Origin: the human T2T-CHM13v2.0 reference genome, Homo sapiens
Length of the DNA: 64,000 nucleotides
Assembly (NCBI RefSeq): GCF_009914755.1
Contig: NC_060928.1
Reading direction: 5' to 3' (one strand)
Shown here: positions 14,164 through 26,099 of the stretch, piece after piece
Numbering within the stretch: position 1 is the first letter of the stretch
Layout of the letters: the number at the start of each line of letters is the position of its first letter
Translations under genes and position numbers: made by a program
Notes under the pieces: model-generated
Database searches by the model: none
What the model was told of the DNA's origin: nothing
The model's input: only the letters and a program-made list of their open reading frames with translations

Positions 14164-15014
14164 GTAAGTAATGTGGTTGTAGCCTGACTGGTTTTGTGAT
14201 GCCTGCTTGAACTGTGGGAAGCTCATGCATCTGAGTGTAGCTGCTTATGGTTTGCCAGAGTCCTTCTTCTCTGTGCCACCTTAAAGCTAGTCCGGGTTTT
14301 ATACATAAATGCCCTTGACTGGCTCCTGTAAACATTTAAATCTTTAACCCACAAGCTACCAATTTATTCCGTTCTGGTATGGCTTTTTACTTAGCCACAT
14401 TAGAAATATATGACTGATGAATGTTAAGACTGGAGGATAAGAAACAGCTAATGTTGTCATATACTAAGCAATTTACATAGAATACTATTACTTTTCATAA
14501 TTGTCCTATGACACTAGTATTGTTAAGGGTCATCTAAAAACTGAGGGAACAAAACTGAAAATGTAGGACTCAGGATTCAAAAACAAAGCTGAAGAAAGAT
14601 TAGTTGAGAATCTAACAAAATAACTTTGAATTCCATAGTCAACAGGAAACTCAACATAAACTAATATCATGATTAGACTAGAAAAAAAAGACAGTGCAAA
14701 CTTGGGATACTTCTATAGAAAGAAAGCTCATACTTGGAAGATATTATGTTCTGTGCTTCATACTTAAAAGAAATATCTATAAAAACTGATGCCAACTTTA
14801 AAACATTATTTTGGAGGTGAAGTAAGTAATTTCTCTGAAGGAGTTTATCCCAGTAAATAGAAGACTGGAAGGAAATTGATCAGTCTTCAAATTTTAAGAA
14901 CTATTAGATTTTATATGGACTTGAAGGAATTTGACCTGAAATAGTTTAGTGCAAAAACTTTTTACAAGCTGAGACCTGTACTATCATCACTCGAAATATT
15001 GAACTGTAAGATGA

Positions 15015-15775
<761 letters not shown>

Positions 15776-15862
15776 TGTTCTGGATGGCCTACTAAGTACA
15801 AAGGGGATTCTAGTATCAGATGGGAGGATACATATGATGTTCTTTTTTTTTTTTCTTTTTTT

Positions 15863-16445
15863 GCAGGAGACTGGAGTTTCATTACTCAAATCCGTCTCCC
15901 CGAGCATTCTGGGAACAGAGGTTTAAGGATAACTTGGTGGGTAGGTGGAGAGCCAGTGACCAGGAGTGCTAATTGGTCACGGATGAAATCCTAGGGAGTC
16001 GAAGATGTCTTCTTGCACTGAGTCAGTTCCTGGGTGGGGGCCACAAGATCAGATGAGCCAGTTTATAAATCTGGGTGGGGCCAGCTGACTCATCAAGTGC
16101 GGAGTCTGCAAAATATGTCAAGCACTGATCTTAGGAGCAGTTTAGGACAGGTCAGAATCTTGTAGCCTCCAGCTGCATGACTCCAAAGCCATAATTTCTA
16201 ATCCTGTGGCTAATGTTAGTCCTACAAAGGAAATCTAGTCCCCAGGCAGGAAGGAGGTCTGCTTTTGGAAAGGGCTATTACTGCCTTTGTTTAAATTATG
16301 AACTACAAATTAAGTTTTTCCCCAACGTTAGTTCAGCCTATGCCCAAGAATAAACAGAGACAGCTTCGAGTTTAGAAGCAAGATAGAGTCAGTTAAGTTA
16401 GATGTCTTTCACTGTCTCAGTCATAATTTTGCCAAGGCAATTTCA
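15863..16445 (-). mobile_element. LTR8 3' LTR (U3-R only, ends in poly(A))
   Basis: Minus strand starts tgaaattgccttggcaaaattatgactgagacagtg (LTR8 5' end) after PPT gaaaaggagggat; stops at gtctcctgc followed by an A-tract. Confidence 0.88.
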
Positions 16446-17130
16446 ATCCCTCCTTTTCGGTTTTATAACACCTTAATCTTAAGGTGTAGGCTATAAAGAT
16501 GGGAAAAGGCCATTGATCACTCTGGCTTCTTCCTGCTGACGGGGGATGTAGTGGGAATGGGAGTGAAGCCCAAAGTGAGAAGAATGGAACTGCTTTGCAA
16601 CTGTCTTTTGAGTGTACTCATGCAGGCCTCGCTGGGCTTCCAAGACTTGCGTGGCAAAAACATTCGTACTCTCAGCTATAGTTTTAATACAGTATTTACG
16701 TGAGCAGTACACTGTAAGGTAAATAACGAGTCCTAAGATGAGGAGTACAATTCACAATTTTAAAAGCAAAGATTTGAAAGCAATCGTTTGGGGACTTTTA
16801 ACCCAAAAAGAATTTAGAATTTAGTGTGAACTGCAGAAAAAACCCTCAAGAACAGCTAACAGCAGCGTACCATAGTTTTTCTTTGGAAGCATTATTTTTA
16901 TCTCTCCAGTCCCCATTTTTATTAAAAACAAATCATGATAGAACTGATTTACAGTTTACAGAATAAATTTTAGTTTTACTGTATGTGGCCTGATTATTTG
17001 CACAAAATACAGCAAGAAAAATTATTTTTCACTTAGGCTTTTTAAAATGGCTTTGATGAAACTCTGTTCCACGAAGAATCTCAGATAAGACTTTTTAAAA
17101 GCTGAGCCCAGCCATGGATTTGTACCCTCA

Positions 17131-17644
17131 TGTTGGGAGCAGGTCCCCCAAAATCTGGCCATAAACTGGCCCCAAAACTGTCCATAAACAAAATCTCTGC
17201 AGCACTGTAACATGTTCATAATGGCCCTAACACCCATGCTGGAAGGTTGTGGGTTTACCAGAATGAGGGCAAGGAACACCTGGCCCGCCCAGGATGGAAA
17301 ACCACTTAAAGGCATTCTTAAGCCACAAACAATAGCATGAGCGATCTGTGCCTTAAGAACATGCTTCTGCTGCAGTTAACTAACCCAACCTATTCCTTTA
17401 ATTTGGCACATCCCTTCATTTCCCATATGGGATACTTTTAGTTAATTTAATATCTATAGAAACAATGCTAATGACTGGATTGCTGTTAATAAATATGTGG
17501 GTAAATCTCTGTTCAGGGCTCTCAGCTCTGAAGGCTGTGAGACCCCTGATTTCCCACTTCATACCTCTATATTTCTGTGTGTGTGTGCGTTAACTCCTCT
17601 AGCGCCGCTGGGTTAGGGTCTCCCCGACCAAGCTGGTCTCGGCA
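17131..17644 (+). mobile_element. MER9 (HERV-K9/HML-3) solo LTR
   Basis: tgttgggagcagg...ctggtctcggca termini; perfect 6-bp TSD CCCTCA (17125-17130, 17645-17650). Confidence 0.92.
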
Positions 17645-18083
17645 CCCTCAAATACCTATGAGTTGAGTAAAGTCCTCTCCTCTTGAGGTCCCAAGATAAT
17701 TTGGGGTTCCTGGGCCTGTTAGAAAGTGACATTCTTTACTTACCACAGTGCAGGAACCTTGTCCAGGGACTCTATGTGGACAAGGTATGAGGCCAGATTC
17801 CCCAACAGACTTTAATTGGCTCTATAAGTCAACTTTGATTCTTTAAAGGAAGCATGCCATTCCAATCAAAGCCTTGGTAAAATGACCAGTTTCTCCAATG
17901 GTGTCCTGTTACAAAAGAAAACATTCTTATTGCACTTATGCAATTAATTATACTGCCATAAATTGAGAATACTCACAAATGGTTCTCAAATTCTAGAGAA
18001 ATCAGGTAGAGAGAAACAAATATGCTCCAAAATTTTTCACAGGAGTGTATTTTACTCACTTGTTTAAAGTTGCAAATAGCACT

Positions 18084-18234
18084 AAAGAAATAAGTTATCT
18101 TGACACTGAAAGCAAAAGGATTAGCAATGTTTAAAAGAAATAAGTTATCTTGACTCTGAAAACGAAAGGATTAGCAATGTTTAAAAGAAATAAGTTATCT
18201 TGACTCTGAAAACAAAAGGATTAGCAATGTTTAA
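18084..18234. repeat. 50-bp unit x3 tandem repeat in the ERV internal region
   Basis: taagttatcttga recurs at 18091, 18141 and 18191. Confidence 0.95.
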
Positions 18235-21200
18235 CACATCAGCTTTCCACGAGAGTCCTAGAAGTTTCCTTTTTTCCTCTGTTCCAATAGCACAATTTTT
18301 AAAGTTATCTAAGACCTGCACTCAGTCTTATATCCGATTATAAAGTGCCTTTTGAAAAGGACCAAAGCAAGACAAAATGTCTGTGGATGACAAAAGTCAA
18401 TAGCCACTATTAATGCTACAGTTGACTAGGAATTTTTGTTGCTTATGTGGCATATAACAATTTTACATAACTATTATAATTAATAATGTATACTAAATCA
18501 TATCAGAATTATAGAAGTTTCCCACAAATTTTGGAACACATACTAATAACATATTTATACAAATACAGCCCAAAGAAAATCAAACATCATTCACTCTTCT
18601 ATTTGAAAATTTTCATTCTATTCTAATGTTACAATCTGCAGAGTTATTAATCAGAAACCTGCATTTAAGAGCACTTGTTAAATTTTATGGCAGATTATAA
18701 AACCGTCTTTTAAGAGGATCAAAATGAGACAACAATTGTCTGTGGATGACAAAAACATTTTAGGGTAGCTACAGTTAAAGATACAATTTACCAGAAAATT
18801 TGTTAACTATGGCACACAGCCATTTAACATAATTATAATTATTACTGATAAGATATACTAAGTCATATTAGAATTATAGGAGTTTTACATAATTTTGGAA
18901 TATATGCCAATAATACACTGACCCAAATATATCCCAAAGAAATACTACGGGAAAAGACAGTGCAGTGCTTCTACCCTGATTTTCATTCCAAGGCCACTCA
19001 AAGCCAATCAGCCCATTTTGTAATCAGCCCATCCCCCATGGGAGTCTCATCCCCCAGTGAGGAGTGGGGATGTTTCCTTATCTTCCAGGTGGCCAAGAGC
19101 ATGGTTCTCTGATTCAAGTGTGCATAGTCAAGTATTCCTCTGTAACTACTATTTGCCATCCACTACATTATATTTCCTACATACTTATTACACACCTAAG
19201 CTCTCTCATAATGAGAAGTAATTTCTGATACCCCCAAAACTCAAAACCATCAGATAACCCAATGCAAAACAGAAAACAGCTTTTGATTTTGAGAGGGATC
19301 TATTCACTTTTAATTCCTGGGGTTCCATGAGGAAAACAGAGCTTTTTTCCAAAATGGGGTCTGTGGTGCCTCCTGTTTTTTCCAAGGAGTCCCAGGCTAC
19401 CAGAAGTTATCTCAGGGCCTTTCATGTTTGCATTAAGGTTGACAAGACAAAAAAAAAATGGAAAAAAATAATTCAGTTGAATGAGAAGAAAAAACCTCTT
19501 TTCAGAAGAAAAATAAAAATGGAAAAAATGCTCTAAGAAGAGAAAAATATAAAGGCCTTTTAAATATACTTAAAACTTGTTTATCCACTTTTAATTACAC
19601 TGACTTTTAACCATAGCACTCTTTAAAAAAAAATCCTTTAAAAATTTTATTACTCAACTTTAGCCATGCCAACCAGCCAATATTTTTGGCTTTTGAATTC
19701 TACCACAGGTAACTTCCCACATGAAATTTATAAGTTTTAACTAAGGTTATAACTTAACCATGGACACATAGGTGTCTCAAAGATATGGTTTCTTTTTTTA
19801 CAGGATTTTTTTTGCAAGATTTTTTTTTTTTTTTCACAAGATTTAGAATCTCCTTCAGGGTATTTTACAGAAAGGAAAATTCAAGACAAGAAATCAGAAG
19901 CTATTCATGGGGAGTGGGGGAGCCCCAATAAATGGCAAATTTACATAAATAAAACCCAGAAAGGAATCAACCCAGGCCACCATTGTCAAAAGGCAAAGCC
20001 TCAGCTACTGAGTTACAGCATTGAGCAGTTTCTATTGCTCTCCCCAGAGGGAACCCAGAGAAGCCAATTTCAAGCTTGCACAGGCTTTTAACTGCTCAAT
20101 AAAATGTTGAGGTCCAACTATGACATGAAGCCACAAATTCCTGTCTCTACATGATGGAAACCAAGAGAAAGTATTCCCACATGGTCACAAGGTTAAGCTC
20201 TTAAGGACACAAAACAAGACACAGAAATGTCATCTGGTATTGCTTTCAGGGCCCCGCAGCAAAGTTTGTAACTGATCAGCCTGCAGGGCTGGCTTGAAAA
20301 GTGGGCTTATAGGGGTCCTAAACCCACATTCTATCCTATGATACTCCTTTCTCCACTACAGAACACAGGAAGACAAATTCTTAGCACAAAGCACACCAGA
20401 TTTGCTACAACTTAAGAGTAGTCTCACAAATCCATTTTTCTATTCATCAGACCCTTGCAGAGCAGACCGATAGTTTACTGTTTTACCCAGACAAAGAGAC
20501 AGACACACAGAGAGAGAGAGAGAGAGCAGAAAGTTAGCCGGTAAGAATTTCTTACCCTTTCGTCTGGCGTACCAGGTTTCTGAGTTCCCTTTCTCTGCAG
20601 CTTCCAGAAGAACGGAGCGGCTTCTGATGACCCTGCTCATTTGTGCTATTGCTGTGGGGTTCAAGCCACTTTACAAGAGAAAATCACCCTTTACTGTTTT
20701 ATGAAACCATAGGCAAGATTGTTAATTTGCAAGATGCTGCCCAATGGGCTGCATGGGGAACTGAATTAACATTTTCCATCCCAGCAAAATACACATAACA
20801 AAACAGACATTAGTCACCTCGTTCAGCGCCCAATATCAGCCTGGCAAAGCTCAAACTTTTTCCCATTGTTCTCTGTTTTGGATCCACTCCAGGTGAGGAG
20901 GGATGACCTCTAATATGATAATTCATAATGAGGTCTCTGGGCAGGGTGAAGAGCAGTTAGTTACCCTGAGAGTCAGGAGTGTTGAGCTTTCATTAGGGTT
21001 CGCTGAATGTAATCAGACAAATAAGGAGGGTTCTGAGTTAGGCCTGCTGGACTTCCATTAGCAACCCCTTCTGAGATCCCTTCCACATATACAAATACTC
21101 ACAAAGACAAGACAGACAAAAGGCCTTCCAAATCACATCCCTAACCAAGGACTCCAAGAGTATCCCTTCCAAACTATCCTTCTATTCTCCATCTGAGAAA

Positions 21201-21295
21201 CCTCCTAGAAATCTTCCTGATTGAAGATAAGTCTCCCAAACCAAGACTCTTCCTACTAGTTAGAAAGAGCCAACCGACATGCCCCAGGAGCCGAA

Positions 21296-21501
21296 CAGAC
21301 ACCCCACAATGGCACTACAGACACAGACACCCCGTGGTGGAGCTACAAACAGAGACCCCATAATGGGGCTGCAGACACCACACCATAGGGCTACAGAACC
21401 AGTTGAGAGAAGGAAGGAGGCGTTGGCAATGCCTGGGATACTCACCAATCCAGACCCCCCATGATGAGGCTACAGACAGACACCCTGTGATAGGGCTACA
21501 G
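21296..21501. repeat. Degenerate ~22-bp motif x6 in the ERV leader
   Basis: cagacacccc-N-(g)ggcta units at about 21296, 21324, 21350, 21371, 21451 and 21477. Confidence 0.75.
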
Positions 21502-21697
21502 TTAATGGATGTCTCTTCATGACTGTTTCTCCATTGCAATTAAATCCATGCACATTGGGTCGGCAGTGCCCCTCCAGTAGAGAGAGTACCAGAGTTGGCC
21601 CCCAGGTCAAGAGAACTAGGAGGCTGCTTGGGGTGGCTTCTGGATCCATTGCTGGAGGTGGGGGCTGCTGAATCATGGGCAGGTAACCACAAGGGCA

Positions 21698-21715
21698 ATC
21701 CTGGACAAGTCCCCA
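21698..21715 (-). promoter_or_regulatory. Primer binding site, tRNA-Pro
   Basis: Minus strand tggggacttgtccaggat versus Pro PBS TGGGGGCTCGTCCGGGAT (3 transitions), just downstream of the LTR end ggttaca. Confidence 0.85.
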
Positions 21716-21719
21716 AATT

Positions 21720-21862
21720 TGTAACCACCAAAGGGGTTCACCTTGCCTGCTTCCTAGACAGAGCCAGTTCATCAAGACAGGGGAATTGCAATAGAGAAAG
21801 AATAATTGACGCAGAGCCTGCTGTGTGGGAGACCAGTTTTATTATTACTCAGATAAATCTCC
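21720..21862 (-). mobile_element. LTR8 5' LTR (R-U5 only)
   Basis: Minus strand gggagatttatctgagtaataataaaactggtctccc...ggtggttaca; U3 is absent and the TSD abuts directly. Confidence 0.88.
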
Positions 21863-22439
21863 CATATGATGTTCTTGAAAATTCCTCTTAGTCCTGAGAT
21901 TTATTGTTTAAAAATTAAAATACAAACAACACTAAGACTTGGATCCCACCTCAAAATCATAAGGCAGCATATTATGGTGCAGTATTTTCCTAGCTGTGGT
22001 ATTCATATTTTTCCAATTCTAGGTACCATTTGAAAAGTTTCTAACTTAATAGTTTTCTTCAAATCAAGTCATTTCTGCTTTTTACCTTATCAGAATTAAA
22101 TTAAGAGAAAAATATATAACCATTTTAAATAGAAATTCTAGAACTTTTTATCAGTTGAATACATTTGCAGAAGCCAAATAAATATAATATAAACAATAGA
22201 ACACAAGTATTATTGAATTCTACCTACTTTTGTTGCCTACTGAAGGCTCTGAATCTGGAGTTTTCTCTTTCTTGATAAAAATGAGAGACTAGCATTACAT
22301 CTGTTTCCTTGATTTGGGGTTGAAAGAAAATTGAAAAAACAATAGCTTTTTTATTTGAAATTCGACATGTGGGTGACATCTGTGGTCTTCATCTTGAGTA
22401 TCCCCAGTGGTTCATGATTCATAATTTAGCAAACGCTGG

Positions 22440-22640
22440 CATAGTGTCAAAACACAAACTTTGCAGTGAATTGGCCTTGGCTCAAATGAAAGTTCTATTG
22501 CTATTATTTCTGTGACATTAGTCAAGTGACTTAGATTTTCTGTACCGTAATGTTTTTCCACAATGGTGGTAACATGCTCACTTCAGATGGGTATGGGCTA
22601 AATTAGAAATGATATGTGTCTTAAGTAAACAATTGTTAAT
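22440..22640 (+). mobile_element. MIR
   Basis: ctgtgacattagtcaagtgacttaga core-like sequence. Confidence 0.55.
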
Positions 22641-22935
22641 AAATACTTATTTAAATCCTAGGAGTCAGAGCCTTTCCTGAGTTGTATGCTATGCTTTCTT
22701 TTATTTAGTCTCTACAAGAGGATAGGGAGAAAGAGTTAAAACAACCAAATACCTAAATCTGCCAGCAGGCTAATACTTGATATTGAGTAGACTATAAGTA
22801 AGTTGAGGGCAAGAACTATATATAATTCATTTTTTGCTTATCTAGCACTTAGCACAGTCTCTGGGTATGGTATGTGCTCAAAGGTGATGGTTTAATTGAG
22901 CAGTAGTGAGGTTGCTTGGGTTTTATTACTTGGCC

Positions 22936-23340
22936 TGTCCTTGTCAGTTCAGGTTGCTTTAACAGATCTTAAAAAACAGAAATTTGGGATCCTTAAAAAA
23001 AAGCAGAAATTTATTTCTCACACTTCTGGAGGCTGGGATATCCAAGATCAAGTCGTAGGTTGAAATAATATCTGGTAAGTTCTCACTTTCTGATTCATAG
23101 ATAACGCTCTTATTTTTGAGTCTTCATAGGTATAAGAGCAGAGAGAGAAAGAGAACATGCTCTCCTGTCTCTTCTTATAAGGGCACTAATCCCATTCACA
23201 AGGGCTTTCTCATAATCTAAGTACCTCCCAAAGACCCTTTCTCCTAATACCATCACAGGAGTAATATGCATAGTAATCATTTGGGGGTTATAAATTCAAT
23301 ATATGGATTTTTGTGATGTGCAAACATTCAGTGCATAGCA
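22936..23340 (-). mobile_element. MLT1A-type MaLR LTR
   Basis: cagaaatttatttctcacacttctggaggctggga; cttataagggcactaatcccattc; ends aacattcagtgcatagca. Confidence 0.8.
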
Positions 23341-23577
23341 TGGTCCAAATACCTGCTTCCAAGCTTTTTCAAAATATGTGATTTTGAATCCTTAACTTTT
23401 TCATATTAAGGTGAAAATAAACCTGAAAAAAAAGCATATCAGCCAGTGAGATCTTGAAAATATAAATCTAGTCAATCCTAATAGTAACTTTAAAATATTT
23501 AAATAGTATTATGCAACAGCATCTCATTTAACTTACAGAAAAAAAATATTCTTAAGGGGGCTTGTAAAGTTCTAAAT

Positions 23578-23868
23578 CAGGAATCAGCAAATATTTTCTG
23601 TGAAGGGTCATATGGTAAATATATTAGGCTTTGTGGGCCGTGCAGTCTTTGATGTAACTGCTCAAGTCTATTCATGTAGCATGAAAGTGGCCATAAACAC
23701 TATGTGAATAAATGAGCATGACTGTGTCACAATAACATTTTATTTTTGAACACTGAAATATATATTTTGATACTTTCAATGTATCATGAAATATTAGTTT
23801 TCTTTTGATTATTTTTTAATTCTTTAGAAAATACAAATCATTTTTTAATTTCATCGGTCATATAAAAA
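23578..23868. mobile_element. MER58B (hAT-Charlie), truncated on the right by the L1
   Basis: caggaatcagcaaatattttctgtgaagggtca...ggctttgtgggcc. Confidence 0.8.
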
Positions 23869-24392
23869 TCCTTTCCTTTGTCTACTTTTTAATGAGGTTA
23901 TTTGTGCCTCTTTGTTGAGTTGTTTGACTTATAAATTCTGCATATCAGTCTCTTGTTGGATGCATAGTTTGCTAATATGTTGCCCTGTTCTTCAGGTTGT
24001 CTGTTCACTCTGTTGATTATTTCTTTTGCTGTACAGAAGCTTTTATTGTTTAAGTCTCATTTGGCTATTTTTGCTTTTGATGTTGGTGCTTTTGAGGTCT
24101 TAGTCATTAATTCTTTGCCTAGACAAATATCTAGAAGAGTTGTTCCCTTGGTTTTCTTCTAGTATTTTTGTAGTTTCATGTCTTACATGTAGGCATTTAA
24201 TTCATACTGAGTTGATTTTTGTATGTCATAAGGTATAGGCATCCAATTCTTTTGCATATTGCAATACATTTTTTTCCCAGTACCATTTGCTGAAGAAGGT
24301 ATCATTTTCCTAGTGTATTTTGTCAACTTTGTCAAAGATCACTTGGGTATAGATACCTGACTTTATTTCTGGATTCTCATTCTATTCTATTT
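23869..24392 (-). mobile_element. Inverted 5' segment of L1PB
   Basis: Antisense late-ORF2 sequence whose outer end is adjacent, in L1 coordinates, to the start of the sense segment. Confidence 0.8.
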
Positions 24393-25223
24393 TTCAAAAG
24401 AAGGCATACTAATGAACGACAAGCACATAAAAAAATGCTAACATCATTGGTAATCAGATAAATGCAAAATAAAACCATCAAGAGATACCATCTTACATGA
24501 GTCAGAATTATCATTATTAAAAAGTAAAAAAATAACAAATGTTGGTGAGGATGCAGGGAAAAGGAAATGCTCATACACTGTTGGTGGAAATGTAAATTAA
24601 TACAACCTCTATGGAAAACATGGAAATTTCTCAAAGAACTAAAAATAGATCTACCATTCAATTCAGCAATCCTTCTACTGGGTATCTATTCAAAGGAAAA
24701 CAAATCATTATATCAAAAAGACATCCACAATTGTATGTTTATCACAGCACTACTCACAATAGGAAAGATGTGAAATCAACCTAAGTGTCCATTGTTGGAT
24801 GACTGGATTACAAAGAGAGAGAGATATATATTATATGATATATATATATTATATATATTATATGAGACAATATATGAGACATACATCAAAGAGATATGAT
24901 ATATATATCATTATATATTGTATAGATTATATGACATATATACCATATATAATATGATACACATAATTATATTTAATATTATATATAAAATATGATGTAC
25001 ATCCTATAATGTATATCTCTCATATAATATATATTACATAACATACAATATATAATATAAATATATATTACAATGAGAGACATATATATAGTGTGTGTGT
25101 ATGTGTATATATATATATATATATATAGTTCCCATTTATAAGGTAGAACATGCAGTATATATATATATATACACACACACTATATATATATGTCTTTCAT
25201 TGTATATATACATATACAATGTG

Positions 25224-25254
<31 letters not shown>

Positions 25255-25620
25255 CCACAATGGAACAATATTTAGCCATAAAAAGGTAAAATCATGTCTT
25301 TTGCAGCAACATGGATGGAACTGGAGGCCGTTATCTTAATTGAAACAACTCAGAAACAGAAAGTCAAATACTGCATGCTCTACCGTATAAATGGGAGCTA
25401 AATAATGTGTACACAAGGACATAGAGCGTGGAATTATAGACACTGAAGACTCAGAAGGGTGAGAGTGGAAGGATAGTGGGTGAGAAAATACTTAATGGGT
25501 ACAATATACATTATTCAGGTGATGGATACACTAAAGGCTAAGACTTTACCACAATACAATATATTCGTGTAACAAAATTGCACTTGTACATTTTTAATTT
25601 AAACAAATTAAAAAAGAAAA
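24393..25620 (+). mobile_element. L1PB (PB3/PB4-like) 3' segment
   Basis: ORF2 C-terminus (HCWWKCKLIQPLWKT) and L1PB-type 3'UTR with A-tail. Confidence 0.85.
24814..25256. repeat. TA/CA low-complexity expansion inside the L1
   Basis: (TA)n, (TG)n and (CA)n tracts. Confidence 0.95.
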
Positions 25621-25624
25621 GCCT

Positions 25625-25880
25625 TTTGTAACCTCCTAATTTAAATTAAGTCTTCTTATTATATCTTGCCATGATACCCTGTATGTTTCTTCTCATAGCA
25701 CTTATATCATTGGATGATTGCTTGGGTAATTATTTGAAAAATAATTTCCCCATTAGTCTGAAAGCTCCACAAGGACAGGATTTCTGGCTATTTCAATGCA
25801 ACGCAGTGTACTCAGCCTCTTATCCAGTGTGCAAAGCACTTCACTCTGGACAGTGGCTGCAAATTTGTTGAGGGATTTAA
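25625..25880 (+). mobile_element. L2 3' end
   Basis: catagcacttat...ctgaaagctccacaaggacagg...atttgttga. Confidence 0.6.
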
Positions 25881-26099
25881 TGGATCCTGTCTACAAAACT
25901 CTAATCAAAAAGTGGTTTATTGATAGATGCTTTATCCGGAAACAAATAGGAAATGAAAGAATGTAGATATCTGGAAGAAAATGAGTTTAAAGTTGCTAAA
26001 TATAGGATCATCTGATATATTCAAACTTAACTGCATTCACATTACTGTCCCACAATGCTAAAAAATTCTCTGAAAAGTCCTCTTTCTTCATTTGACACT

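Larger units (their letters stand above)
15845..21862 (-). mobile_element. LTR8/HUERS-P1-like ERV1 inserted as a processed (L1-retroposed) RNA copy
   Basis: Minus strand reads R-U5, PBS-Pro, internal region, PPT, U3-R, poly(A); identical 14-bp flanks catatgatgttctt at 15831-15844 and 21863-21876. Confidence 0.88.

Noticed and set aside
16491-16712. Minus-strand ORF near the ERV 3' end as an env gene
   Set aside because: Short, with only a vague env-tail-like motif (QQEEARVI); no SU/TM signatures seen
18084-18234. CRISPR-like repeat array
   Set aside because: Units are contiguous with no unique spacers, there are no cas genes, and the context is a eukaryotic ERV
21296-21501. CRISPR-like interpretation of the leader repeats
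   Set aside because: Repeats are degenerate and irregularly spaced and lie in a retroviral leader
21980-22350. Possible ancient hAT/Charlie fragment
   Set aside because: Resemblance too weak to support without a Dfam search
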